64,000 nt of DNA, taken from NCBI GenBank assembly GCA_050260635.1, contig JBLNCL010000003.1:75976-139975 (forward strand). The letters are read 5' to 3'. The translations under genes and the position numbers were made by a program. Position 1 is the stretch's first letter. Every line of letters starts with the position of its first letter. This stretch comes from Betaproteobacteria bacterium (GTDB taxonomy: Bacteria > Bacillota > UBA5301 > DYFA01). Shown here piece by piece: positions 1 to 8,987 of this stretch. Under the pieces are notes generated by a model, which worked only from the letters and a program-made list of their open reading frames with translations, had not been told where the DNA came from and did not search any database.

Positions 1-1311
1 GGTCTTCCCGGTCCCCGTCCCTCCGGATAGCAAGATGTTCTTCCTTTCCGCCACGGCGCGCCCCAGCGCCTTGGCCAACTGCAGAGTGAGTGTCCCTGCG
101 GTCACCAGGTCTTCCATGGCCAAGCCGCGCACGCCAAAGCGGCGAATCGTCACGAGGGGACCGTCGAGCGCCAAGGGCGGGATCACCGCGTTCAAGCGGG
201 AACCGTCTGGCAAGCGGGCATCAACCATCGGGCTGCTCTCATCAATCCGTCGGCCTAACGGTCCGATGATACGATCCACCAAACGGATGATCTCGTCAGG
301 CGAGGCAAATTGACAGGGAACCTGCCGAAGCTGTCCACCTTTTTCAATGTAGACTTGATCCGGCCCGTTGATCATGATCTCTGTCACCTCGGGATCCTTG
401 ATCAGGTCCTCCAAGGCGCCCAGCCCCACGACCTCGTCCACCAACTGGAGGACCAGTTCCCCCACGTCCCGCCGGGGCAGACGCTGGGCCTCTGCCAACT
501 CCTCCACCACGGACGTCGCCTCCTCGGTCACCCGCCGGCGAAAAGCCCACGGGTTGTCCGGGCGTGCCACCCCACCCAGCCGCCGGACAAGCTTCTGCAG
601 GGCCTCCTGTTTGACTTGCACAGCGAGGGAGGGCGGCTCTTTCCTGGCTGTCCCGTCGTGCCAGGCGGGCCGCGGAAGAAGGGGTAACGCCCTGAGAGTC
701 TGCTCCGTTCGCACTGCCAGAGCTTCCAGAGCAGCAGTCCAGGCGCCACCCCGCCACGCGCGCAACCCCCGCGTGACCATGGCAGTCACCTCCTCGGGCG
801 CCTCCGGAAGGACGCCCCAGCACCCGGCGCCCACGGCCGCCTGAGCCTCCTCGACCGCAATTCCTCCCGCCATCCCGCTCCTATTCAGCACCAACCCCAC
901 TCGCCGTTCCCCCACGCCGTGGTCCATGACCCGCTGTCGTGCCCGGGTGAGGCACCGCAATCCCAACAGGTCGGGCGTTCCCACTATGATCACTGCGTCG
1001 GCGACCGCGACCACCTGCCGGAGGACAGGCTCCTGCCGGAAAGCACAGTCCACCACGAGTCGTCCCTCTGGGCCGAGAGAGGCAAGTAGTTGCTCCAGCG
1101 ACAGAGGGCCACCGATTCGGTCCTTGGGCATTAGGTACGGTAACTCTGCCTTTTCCAGCAGCAATTCCGTTTCGTCCGCCGACTCACCGTCGAGCTGAAT
1201 CAAGCCAACCGCCCTCCCTTGGCGGTGCCAGGCCGCTGCCAGTCCGGCTGCAACGAGGGTGCAGCCGACTCCCCCTTTGCCTCCCCACAGAGCCACCACT
1301 TTACCGCTCAT
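1..1311 (-). CDS. cpaF: Fused CpaE/TadZ-like (MinD/ParA) plus CpaF/TadA pilus ATPase, truncated by the window edge
   Basis: Manual translation from ATG 1311 has no stop down to base 1: MSGKVVALWGGKGGVGCT (TadZ-type Walker A), then GLGALEDLIKDPEVTEIMING, RRIDESSPMVDARLPDGSRLNAVIPP and NILLSGGTGTGKT. Absent from the ORF track because no stop lies in the window. Confidence 0.88.
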   Translation of the reverse strand, partial: MSGKVVALWGGKGGVGCTLVAAGLAAAWHRQGRAVGLIQLDGESADETELLLEKAELPYLMPKDRIGGPLSLEQLLASLGPEGRLVVDCAFRQEPVLRQVVAVADAVIIVGTPDLLGLRCLTRARQRVMDHGVGERRVGLVLNRSGMAGGIAVEEAQAAVGAGCWGVLPEAPEEVTAMVTRGLRAWRGGAWTAALEALAVRTEQTLRALPLLPRPAWHDGTARKEPPSLAVQVKQEALQKLVRRLGGVARPDNPWAFRRRVTEEATSVVEELAEAQRLPRRDVGELVLQLVDEVVGLGALEDLIKDPEVTEIMINGPDQVYIEKGGQLRQVPCQFASPDEIIRLVDRIIGPLGRRIDESSPMVDARLPDGSRLNAVIPPLALDGPLVTIRRFGVRGLAMEDLVTAGTLTLQLAKALGRAVAERKNILLSGGTGTGKT

Positions 1312-2749
1312 CGCCCGATGGTACCTCCTCAGCTGGGCTGGATGAAGACAGGAGGGTCGTTGTCAGGAGAATGGTCAGTTCGGTTTCTCTCCTGGCCCCC
1401 CGGTTGGTGCGGAACAGGCCGCCCAGGATAGGCACGTCGGCCAGCGCGGGAACCCGGCCGCCGTGGTCCGTCTCCTCGGTGAGGGAAAGTCCGGCCAGAA
1501 CCAGCGTGTCACCACTCTCTTGCTCGACTGCGGTTTCAGCCCAGCGGCTGCGTAAAGCCGGGACCGTTCCTGCCCCCAGCCGGATGCCGTTGGCCCAATC
1601 AAGCGTCGATACCTCCGGACGGGCCGTCAACCGGATCCTCCCGGAGGACTGCAAGACCGGACGGACAAGGAGTCGCACTCCATACTCTTTCCACTCCATG
1701 CTCACTTGACCGTTCGCCTCCAACGGGACGGGAATCTGTCCACCGGCCAGGAAGCACCCCTCCGCCCCGTCCATGACGGTCATGGTAGGCTCGGCGAGAA
1801 TCCTGGCCCGACCCGACTCTTCCAAGGCCTTTAACTTGACCAGCAGCGGTTCAAGTCTGGCCAGTGGTTCCAACCGCACCCCGTTCGGGACGACCCGCTC
1901 ACCGGCTGCCATCGCCGCCGGCCACTCCAGCCCCAATTCGCGGCTAGCCTGACGGTCAACCTCGATCAACCGGGCTTTGATCGAAAAGAGCCCGGCGGTT
2001 TCGGTCACCCGGAGGGCGTCAACGACTTGTCCCGGAAAGAAAGCCTCTGCCAGCTGAACCACCACCCGGTGGGTCGCCTCACTGCGAACCTCACCTTCGA
2101 GCACAATCTTTCCCGCCTGACGCGTCAGCGCAACCCGCTCCCCGCCTCTTTGTCGCAGTAAGCCGGTCACCGCGGACAGATCGCTTTCCTGGTTGGGAAC
2201 CGCTGATGACGCCTGGTCATCCCTGCCCCCGCCTGCCGCGCCGGTGAGGTCAAGCAGACGATCACCAAGGAGTGTGCTGAGGCGAGCCAGCCTCGCTCGC
2301 CCATCCGGACCAGGTTCGCCCTCCACCACCACGTAGCCAGCCACGCTGCGAACCCGCACCCCATCATCGGCCACGAGATCCCGGACATCGTTTTCAGACA
2401 GGGCCGGCGGAGAACAGAGGACGCGCACCGGCCGTTCGACCACCTTACCCGCCGGGTGCCAAAGAAGAAGGGTCGTCTGCCCCTCGCTCTTTCCATTGAC
2501 CAAGATTTCCCCCGCCGACAGGACGCGGACATCGGCGATGCTCGGCTGTCCCACCGCCACCCGCGAGACCTCCGGAACGGCTATCACCGTCGATTCGCCC
2601 GCCCGCAGGATGATCGGTTCGGAGGGTTCGGCCCCTCTGGCTGCCGTTCGGCCGGCAAACAGCAGCGCCCAGGCGAGAATCAGCGCCCAACAGCAGGTCC
2701 AGCCGAGGCGCCTGAACCACCTAGCTTCCCTGCGGTTCCCGTTCGACAC
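1301..2749 (-). CDS. cpaC: Tad pilus secretin (RcpA/CpaC family)
   Basis: Signal peptide, N-terminal RVAVGQPSIADVRV pilus-formation domain, BON-like segment, and secretin core ARILAEP...FLAGGQIPVP...VPALADVPILGGLFR...ETELTILLT. Confidence 0.9.
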   Translation of the reverse strand: MSNGNRREARWFRRLGWTCCWALILAWALLFAGRTAARGAEPSEPIILRAGESTVIAVPEVSRVAVGQPSIADVRVLSAGEILVNGKSEGQTTLLLWHPAGKVVERPVRVLCSPPALSENDVRDLVADDGVRVRSVAGYVVVEGEPGPDGRARLARLSTLLGDRLLDLTGAAGGGRDDQASSAVPNQESDLSAVTGLLRQRGGERVALTRQAGKIVLEGEVRSEATHRVVVQLAEAFFPGQVVDALRVTETAGLFSIKARLIEVDRQASRELGLEWPAAMAAGERVVPNGVRLEPLARLEPLLVKLKALEESGRARILAEPTMTVMDGAEGCFLAGGQIPVPLEANGQVSMEWKEYGVRLLVRPVLQSSGRIRLTARPEVSTLDWANGIRLGAGTVPALRSRWAETAVEQESGDTLVLAGLSLTEETDHGGRVPALADVPILGGLFRTNRGARRETELTILLTTTLLSSSSPAEEVPSGDER

Positions 2750-3488
2750 CGCGAATCACCTCCACCGGCTTCACAATCAGCTTGCCGGACGGTCGCCCGG
2801 TCTCCTTGGAAGGGGCAGCAATCCAGTGGGCCACCGGCGGTTCTCCCACAGGATTCCAACGGTCCGCCGCTCCCCGCAGCACCAGCCGGAGTCTTCCCGT
2901 CTCCGCCGCCAGCGCCAGCGCCTGGGCTTGCGCCGGAGAAACAGCCAGCATCACCCAGGGTTCGGAGCTGCCCGACGTCCCTCCACCACCTCCGACCTTC
3001 AGCACCCTTACCCCCGGCACTAGCCGTGAGACCTGGGAGAAACCGTCTGTTGACGGCGTCACCGCCACGACGTCCACAGAGTCACCCGGGTGCACGGCCC
3101 CTGCTGTCTCGGCGTCGACGGGCACCGCAAAGCCACGTTCGCCAGCGGCCAGTTCGGCCAGCAACCCCTCCGGTGCCCCGGGATCGGCCGTGCGTCCAGC
3201 GATCACCTGATCACCTGGCCACAGCGGCACAATGGTCACCCGACCGACGACCTCGTCCAGGGAGCGGTAGGCGCCGGGCAAGACGCTCCCTTTGGGCACT
3301 CTCTCCAGTCGGACCACGGACCGCTCCAGGCGCTGGTAAGCCGGCAACTTCCGGTCCACCACGACAACTGGTTCGCGAGCCTCTCGTGCGGCGTGCGACT
3401 GCTCGGTAACCGCCGAATACCCCAACGACAGGGCGCCGGCCAGCACGGCCAGCCCCGCACCGATCAGAAGGTTGCGCCGCCTGAGCAC
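2721..3488 (-). CDS. cpaB: Flp pilus assembly protein CpaB/RcpC (SAF domain)
   Basis: N-terminal TM, VVVVDRKLP SAF motif, GERGFAVPVD...VHPGDSVDVV; GTG 3488 behind a GGAGGTG RBS. Confidence 0.85.
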   Translation of the reverse strand: MLRRRNLLIGAGLAVLAGALSLGYSAVTEQSHAAREAREPVVVVDRKLPAYQRLERSVVRLERVPKGSVLPGAYRSLDEVVGRVTIVPLWPGDQVIAGRTADPGAPEGLLAELAAGERGFAVPVDAETAGAVHPGDSVDVVAVTPSTDGFSQVSRLVPGVRVLKVGGGGGTSGSSEPWVMLAVSPAQAQALALAAETGRLRLVLRGAADRWNPVGEPPVAHWIAAPSKETGRPSGKLIVKPVEVIRGVEREPQGS

Positions 3489-4249
3489 GCCCGCACCTCC
3501 ATCTCCGCTTTCGCCTCCGTCTGCGCCGGCGTCAAAATGACCAGGGCTGACGTCCCGCCGGCCGGACGGCGGCACAAGTTGACCAACACCGACCACTGGC
3601 GGAAGCGATAGGTTCCGGATGCCCAGTCCATTGCCCCAGAGACGGATGGGAACGGTTTCTCACCCCGGTCAAGGTGGCGTCGGTAGAACTCGACCACCTT
3701 GCCCAGCGTCGCCCCGGTTTCAAAGAGGATTGTAATCGGGCCGCGCCGGCTGCCGCTTTCAATCAGCAACGCACCGTCAACCCCTGGAAAGAGCGGGAAG
3801 CCGTTTAGCCGCCCACTCACCACGCCCCGTGCAAGCTGGCTCCGGCGCTGGCCGGATCCCGCCGGGCGGAGCTGGAGCAGTAGACGTGTCAGGCGCGTGT
3901 CATCGGCAGGAAAGGCAAAGGCAGTACACTCCCAGCCCCCCCGCCGAAAGGTCAGGGGCCGCCGTTCAGTCCCGACGACCGCCTCTCCAGCCTCCTCGCG
4001 CCACCCTGTCCCCACGAGCTTGGTCCGGTAGAATCGATCCACGTCCGCTGGGGACAACACGGTTCCCGCAATTATGAGGCGGGTAGACTGGAGATTGACC
4101 AGCGACTCCAAACGCTTCAGCACCGTCGTTCCAGGCGGCAAGGGAATCTCGGGGAAGGGCGTCGGCCCACTGGCCCGGCCGCTCATCTTCCACCACAGGA
4201 TGACTCCCGCCGCCAGTGCCACCGTCAAAACCGCTATCTGTACCTTCAC
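3464..4249 (-). CDS. Hypothetical exported protein in the tad operon
   Basis: N-terminal hydrophobic anchor, AGGAGGTG RBS, tightly packed between neighbours. Confidence 0.7.
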   Translation of the reverse strand: MKVQIAVLTVALAAGVILWWKMSGRASGPTPFPEIPLPPGTTVLKRLESLVNLQSTRLIIAGTVLSPADVDRFYRTKLVGTGWREEAGEAVVGTERRPLTFRRGGWECTAFAFPADDTRLTRLLLQLRPAGSGQRRSQLARGVVSGRLNGFPLFPGVDGALLIESGSRRGPITILFETGATLGKVVEFYRRHLDRGEKPFPSVSGAMDWASGTYRFRQWSVLVNLCRRPAGGTSALVILTPAQTEAKAEMEVRACSGGATF

Positions 4250-4253
4250 GAAC

Positions 4254-4625
4254 TCACCTCCTAGCTCTCGTACACAACACCGCCCGCCCTCGGCCTGCGA
4301 CGGCCGAGAGCTTTAACCGGGGTACGGTCCCGCCGGGCCACCAGGCCGCGGATACCGTGGAGGTCACTGTTACCAGCCGGAGCTGCCCAACGCGCCTGAC
4401 CTGAACCATCGTCTGCCCGGGGTCCACCAGTCGATTCCGCCCGAGCTGAACCCGCGCGGCGCCCGCCGCGTCAGGGCTGTCCGCCCCGATGACGGCCGCC
4501 AGTTGCACGTCCGCTTGGCTGATAGCCAACCGGCAAAGGATCAGCCCACCCAGGACCACCTCCGCCAGCAATGGGAGGACGAGAACAAGTTCGATCAGGG
4601 CCTGTCCACTCGTGGTGTGCCTCAT
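4254..4625 (-). CDS. TadE-like minor pilin
   Basis: GQALIELVLVLP class III prepilin motif. Confidence 0.8.
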   Translation of the reverse strand: MRHTTSGQALIELVLVLPLLAEVVLGGLILCRLAISQADVQLAAVIGADSPDAAGAARVQLGRNRLVDPGQTMVQVRRVGQLRLVTVTSTVSAAWWPGGTVPRLKLSAVAGRGRAVLCTRARR

Positions 4626-5314
4626 TGCCGGGTACTCCCTTCCCTCGGGGAGGGGATTAGCCGGCTATCATAGTCCGTGGCCAAAAGGGGCCAACTGCTT
4701 TGTCCTCCGCCCCCGCTGCGGGAGGCCGCCGCCCCCGCCCGACCGCGCAACGGCAGAATCATCCCTGCCCGCCGGGAAACCAGCCAACCTTCAAGGTAGA
4801 GAACCCGGTCCCCCCAGCGGCGCTTCCCGACCGGCCGCAGATCGTCGGCGATCCACAGCGGAAAGCGCTGCCCAAGAAGCCACGGCAGGAGGTACACCCG
4901 GCGCACCATCAGGCTCGGCCAACGACCCTCGGCCCCCCGGAACTGCGCCCAATGGGTACCCAATGCTGTCGCCGTCCCCCAGGCCGCCTGCTTCGCCAGG
5001 TCCGGCGTCCGGCGGATCACTTCGTCTTGAGCCCGGCGGAGCTGGGCAGCCCAGTAGCCGCACTCCCCCTGCCCCAACAGGGCACCGATCCCCAGCGCTA
5101 ACAAGGCCTGATTGACGAAGGCCACCGTGTTCAGCCCATCAGCCAGGACCGCTACGCCAGTGGTCGTCCCGGCCTCCAGGCTGTTCTGAAGCACCAGTCG
5201 GCCGAGACTCGTGCTGTGAGCAATGACCAGCGTCTCCCAGATAACGCCGGCCAAGGCCAGAGCCAGGATTACGGCTACAAGCGCTTGTCCGCGATTGTCC
5301 GCCACCCTTTTCAT
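4622..5314 (-). CDS. TadG/Tad-like pilus protein
   Basis: RGQALV prepilin-like N-terminus followed by LQNSLEAG; overlaps both neighbours. Confidence 0.7.
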   Translation of the reverse strand: MKRVADNRGQALVAVILALALAGVIWETLVIAHSTSLGRLVLQNSLEAGTTTGVAVLADGLNTVAFVNQALLALGIGALLGQGECGYWAAQLRRAQDEVIRRTPDLAKQAAWGTATALGTHWAQFRGAEGRWPSLMVRRVYLLPWLLGQRFPLWIADDLRPVGKRRWGDRVLYLEGWLVSRRAGMILPLRGRAGAAASRSGGGGQSSWPLLATDYDSRLIPSPREGSTRQ

Positions 5315-5658
5315 CAGTCTTTCTCCCGTTCCAACTCAAGCAGAAAGTCGTTCATCTTTCCCGCCTCGGGGGCGGTCTCCCGAGTCTTAAGAACTACGTG
5401 ACGGGGAGACAAGGACACCTCGACTTGCTTGCCGTAGCCCGCGCCTCCCATGCGCTTCCAATGCTCTGCGACGCTTCGGCCAGTCCGTCCGGCGTCCGGA
5501 TGATCCTCCACGGCCGCCGACCTGGCCCCGGCCAACGCCGCCGAACGGGCTGCCAAGGCTCGGATGCCGGCCAAGGGAGGTACGATCGTCCACCACAGGA
5601 TCGCAATCACCACTGGAAAAGCGATCGCCACTTCGACTGTGCTCTGGCCTCTGTCCAT
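5314..5658 (-). CDS. TadE-like minor pilin
   Basis: RGQSTVEVAIAFP and AARSAALAGARSAA motifs; AAGGAGG RBS. Confidence 0.8.
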   Translation of the reverse strand: MDRGQSTVEVAIAFPVVIAILWWTIVPPLAGIRALAARSAALAGARSAAVEDHPDAGRTGRSVAEHWKRMGGAGYGKQVEVSLSPRHVVLKTRETAPEAGKMNDFLLELEREKD

Positions 5659-5805
5659 GGGACCCCTCCTTCTGCGTTCCGCCGGCAGGCGATTTTTCGG
5701 GAGCGCCGCCCGTCCATCTCCCAGGTTGTTGTTGGGTTGCCCTGCCAGGCGTCACCAGCCAGTACCTTGTTTTTGGTTTTTTGTGGCCTCTCTCGCTCGA
5801 ATGTG

Positions 5806-5979
5806 TTACTTCACGATCTCTGCGGCAAGCTTAGTGAACTTGGCGGTGATTGCTCCGCCCAAAGCCCGGACGGATACAATGCAGGCCACTGCGATCAGCG
5901 CGGTGAGCAGCCCGTACTCCGCCATGCTCTGCCCGGCCTCTTCGTTCCAGAGCCGTAGCCAAACTTGCCTCACTGTCAT
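5806..5979 (-). CDS. flp: Flp family major pilin
   Basis: EEAGQSMAEYGLLTALIAV...LGGAITAKF; ATG 5979 behind GGGAGGG. Confidence 0.92.
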   Translation of the reverse strand: MTVRQVWLRLWNEEAGQSMAEYGLLTALIAVACIVSVRALGGAITAKFTKLAAEIVK

Positions 5980-6018
5980 CCCTCCCCTCGCCAAAGTGCG
6001 GCGCCCCCAAACCTACAC

Positions 6019-6198
6019 TCAAGACGGCCACGCCAAACCGAGGAGGAACCGGAGCCGCACCGCAGCAATGGCTCCCCTCAGCAAGCCGGCCAGCATCCCT
6101 AGCACCGCCGAGACCAAAGCAAGCGTCAGAACGTACTCAACCAGCGCCTGGCCGGTAGCCGATGTCGATTTTTGCGGCCTCGCCGTCACTTCGCTCAC
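6019..6198 (-). CDS. Second Flp-like pilin (59 aa, not in the ORF track)
   Basis: Manual translation: MSEVTARPQKSTSATGQALVEYVLTLALVSAVLGMLAGLLRGAIAAVRLRFLLGLAWPS*. Start is 6198 or 6189. Confidence 0.75.
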   Translation of the reverse strand: MSEVTARPQKSTSATGQALVEYVLTLALVSAVLGMLAGLLRGAIAAVRLRFLLGLAWPS

Positions 6199-6237
6199 CG
6201 CTCCTAGCTGCGTCTTCGTTGATTCATTGCTCGTTCA

Positions 6238-6293
6238 TGACGAATTTTGTCGAATTCGTCAGCCGTAGAGCTTGCATGTCGAAATATGTCGAT
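6238..6293. promoter_or_regulatory. Cluster of Spo0A-box-like (TGNCGAA) sites in the tad leader
   Basis: TGACGAA 6238-44, TGTCGAA 6248-54, TTCGTCA 6255-61 (reverse), TGTCGAA 6277-83, TGTCGAT 6287-93; two tandem pairs with a 10-bp period. Confidence 0.7.
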
Positions 6294-6328
6294 ATTGCGC
6301 TTTCTATCTTTGTCTTTCGGGCAATTGC

Positions 6329-6357
6329 ATTATAGGCCGCCCTCCCTTGCTTGTCAA
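6329..6357 (-). promoter_or_regulatory. sigA promoter of the tad operon
   Basis: Perfect TTGACA-N17-TATAAT on the minus strand. Confidence 0.85.
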
Positions 6358-6517
6358 CCCATATCTGTTAGCGACTGGGGATACTGGTAACTCGCTCCAT
6401 CTCGCCGATCCGCCTGGTCCCCCGGGGTGCTTGCCGCGCTCGCAGGCAATAAGAGGAGAGGGTGCGGCCATTCAGTCGGCTCGCACCCTCCACCTGTCAG
6501 CTGCTGTGCCGGTCTTA

Positions 6518-8182
6518 CTACCCGGTCTTTTTAACCGCCGCTGTCGCCCGTTCCAGTTCGGCGGCGGCCATCTCCCGCAGCTTATACTTTTGGATCTTCC
6601 CGGAGGCAGTCGTCGGGTACTCCGTGACGAAGCGGACGTAGCGAGGCACCTTGTGGCGAGAGATGCGGGCGCGGAGGAACTCTTGGATCTCGGCTTCATT
6701 AGCCGTTTCGCCGGGCTTCAGGCGGACAAAAGCCATCACCTCCTCGCCGTAAACCGGCGAGGGAACGCCCACCACCTGAGCATCGGCCACCTTCGGATGC
6801 CGGTATAGGTACTCCTCGATCTCCCGGGGATAAATGTTTTCCCCGCCCCGGATGATCAGGTCCTTGATGCGACCGGTGATCCTGACGTACCCGTCCTCGT
6901 CCATGGTGCCGAGGTCGCCCGAGTGGAGCCAACCCTCCTGGTCGACGGCCTGGGCCGTCGCCTCCGGCATCTTGTAATAGCCCTTCATCACGTTGAAGCC
7001 GCGGCAGACTACTTCACCCACGGTCCCCCGAGGGACCTCCTCGTTGGTCACCGGATCCACAATCCTGACCTCGATGTTTGGCAAGGCCTGTCCCACCGTG
7101 GAAACCCGCCGTTCCAGCGGGTCATCAGTCCGCGTCTGGGTCATCACCGGTGCTGCCTCGGTTAGCCCGTAGGCGATGGTGATCTCCCTGGCGTGCATCC
7201 GGTCGATGACCTTCCGCATGACCTCCTCGGGGCAGGGCGCCCCGGCCATGATCCCGGTGCGGAGGCTCGAAAAGTCGTACTGGTCAAACTCCGGATGTTC
7301 GAGAATGGTGACGAACATGGTCGGAACCCCGTGCAAGGCCGTGCAGCGCTCGCTCTGCACGACCTCCATCACCTTCTTCGGGCTGAAGTGGTCCAGCGGT
7401 ACCATGGTCGCTCCGGCGGTCACAGCCGCGAGGGTCCCGAGGACGCAGCCGAAGCAGTGGAAGAAGGGCACCGGGAGGCAGAGCCGGTCCTGGTGGGTCA
7501 GCTTCATGCAGTCGGCGATGTACTTGGCATCGGCGATGATATTGCGGTGGGTCAGCATCACGCCTTTGGGGAAACCGGTAGTCCCGGAGGTGTACTGGAT
7601 GTTGACCACGTCATCGCAGCGCAAGGCGGCCTGGCGGGCGCGCAGTTCCGCGTCGCTCACCCCCTCGCCCATCGCCACCAGTTCCTCCCAAGTGAACATC
7701 CCCGCTGGGGCTTTCTCGCCCAGGTAGATGACGTTTTTAAGCTTCGGGAGCCGCTCGGACCTCAGGCAACCCGGAGCGGCGGTCTTGAGTTCCGGGCAGA
7801 TTTCGTAGATGGTTGCGATGTAGTCGGCATCCTTGAAGCTGTCGATCAGGATCAGCGTGGTTGAGTCAGACTGCCGGAGCAGGTATTCGAGCTCGAAGAC
7901 CTTGTAGTTCGTATTCACGGTCACCAAGACCCCGCCCAACTTGCCCAGGGCAAACTGGGAAATCAACCACTCCGGGCGATTGGTGGTCCAGATGGCGACG
8001 TGATCTCCCGGCTCGACGCCCATGGCCAGGAAGCCCTTGGCCGCCCGCTCGCAGGCGCGGCGAAACTCGGCGTACGTCCAGCGGATGCCGAACTCCGGGA
8101 AGACCGCCGCCTCGGTCTCGGGATTAGCGGTCGCCGTACGGTCCAGCAGTTCCCCCAAAGTCAACGAGAACAGATCTTTCAC
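6518..8182 (-). CDS. AMP-binding acyl-CoA synthetase (YngI/fatty-acyl-CoA ligase type)
   Basis: YTSGTTGFPKG, YGLTE, GWLHSGD and TASGKIQK motifs; GTG 8182 with AAGGAGG RBS. Confidence 0.9.
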   Translation of the reverse strand: MKDLFSLTLGELLDRTATANPETEAAVFPEFGIRWTYAEFRRACERAAKGFLAMGVEPGDHVAIWTTNRPEWLISQFALGKLGGVLVTVNTNYKVFELEYLLRQSDSTTLILIDSFKDADYIATIYEICPELKTAAPGCLRSERLPKLKNVIYLGEKAPAGMFTWEELVAMGEGVSDAELRARQAALRCDDVVNIQYTSGTTGFPKGVMLTHRNIIADAKYIADCMKLTHQDRLCLPVPFFHCFGCVLGTLAAVTAGATMVPLDHFSPKKVMEVVQSERCTALHGVPTMFVTILEHPEFDQYDFSSLRTGIMAGAPCPEEVMRKVIDRMHAREITIAYGLTEAAPVMTQTRTDDPLERRVSTVGQALPNIEVRIVDPVTNEEVPRGTVGEVVCRGFNVMKGYYKMPEATAQAVDQEGWLHSGDLGTMDEDGYVRITGRIKDLIIRGGENIYPREIEEYLYRHPKVADAQVVGVPSPVYGEEVMAFVRLKPGETANEAEIQEFLRARISRHKVPRYVRFVTEYPTTASGKIQKYKLREMAAAELERATAAVKKTG

Positions 8183-8270
8183 TACCGGCCCTCCTTCTCG
8201 ACTTCTCTGCTGCTCAGTTTTCCGGGGATCGCCCCTCCCGGTGCTCTCTTCTCCCCTGCGCGGGCGACGG

Positions 8271-8302
8271 AAAAGCCCCTCGCCTTGCAAGGACGAAGGG
8301 CT
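8271..8302 (-). terminator. Terminator-like hairpin
   Basis: AGCCCTTCGTCCTTGCAAGGCGAGGGGCTTTT on the minus strand. Confidence 0.6.
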
Positions 8303-8319
8303 GAGCCGCCTTGGTGACG

Positions 8320-8348
8320 ATTCTACCATCCGCCAAGCCGGGCGTCAA
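8320..8348 (-). promoter_or_regulatory. sigA-type promoter upstream of the acyl-CoA synthetase
   Basis: TTGACG-N17-TAGAAT with a TG extension. Confidence 0.6.
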
Positions 8349-8361
8349 TTCGAACCAGCCA

Positions 8362-8907
8362 TCAACTGCCGGCGGGGCGGGTCTGCTGCACCGGTCGGGA
8401 GGCAACCATCCGCCGGGAAAACTCTGCCAACGGATACAGGATCGGCACCAGGAAGGTATTGACGGCTGCGGCCGGAATGACCACCGTCAGATACAAGGCC
8501 CCAAAGGATGCCCCGCCCGGCAGCCCGACGAGGAACTGGGCTGAGGCTAGGAAGACGAACCCCGAGTACAGAGTGGCGAGACAGCCGATAATGCCGGCCG
8601 CCAGCCGTCGATCGACCCGGGAACCAAGCGCCCGCAGAAGGAGAAAGGCAACCAGAGCCGTGGTGAACTTGTCGATCAGATTGGGCACCTGCCCGCCCGG
8701 GAAGGTGGTCGTCAAGGCGGTGATGATTCCGGCGATGACACCCGACTGCAAGCTGAGGCTCAAAGAATCGCTCAGCAGGATGACGACGAACAACATCGCC
8801 AACAGAAAATCGGGCTTCATGCCCCCGAGAAGTCCAGGGGTGACTGCATGGAGGACGTAACCGATGGCCAACAGGAGGGCCGCTTGAAGGCTTTGCCGAA
8901 GGTTCAT
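8362..8907 (-). CDS. trpP: Tryptophan transporter TrpP
   Basis: LLLAIGYVLHAVTPG..GGMKPDFLLAMLF...TTFPGGQVPNLIDK signature. Confidence 0.88.
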   Translation of the reverse strand: MNLRQSLQAALLLAIGYVLHAVTPGLLGGMKPDFLLAMLFVVILLSDSLSLSLQSGVIAGIITALTTTFPGGQVPNLIDKFTTALVAFLLLRALGSRVDRRLAAGIIGCLATLYSGFVFLASAQFLVGLPGGASFGALYLTVVIPAAAVNTFLVPILYPLAEFSRRMVASRPVQQTRPAGS

Positions 8908-8911
8908 TGTT

Positions 8912-8987
8912 CTTCTCTCCTCTCGTCTGATCTCTTCACACCAGCTGCATAGCTCTACGACTCGGTCAACTCCGCTCTGCTCGTCTC
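8912..8987 (-). promoter_or_regulatory. Putative TRAP-binding (G/U)AG repeat array overlapping the trpP RBS
   Basis: mRNA reads GAG-AC-GAG-CA-GAG-CG-GAG...GAG-UCG-UAG...GAG-AU-CAG-AC-GAG-AG-GAG-AG-AAG just before the AUG. Confidence 0.7.

Noticed and set aside
5659-5805. Possible c-di-GMP riboswitch between flp and tadE
   Set aside because: No GEMM consensus recognised.
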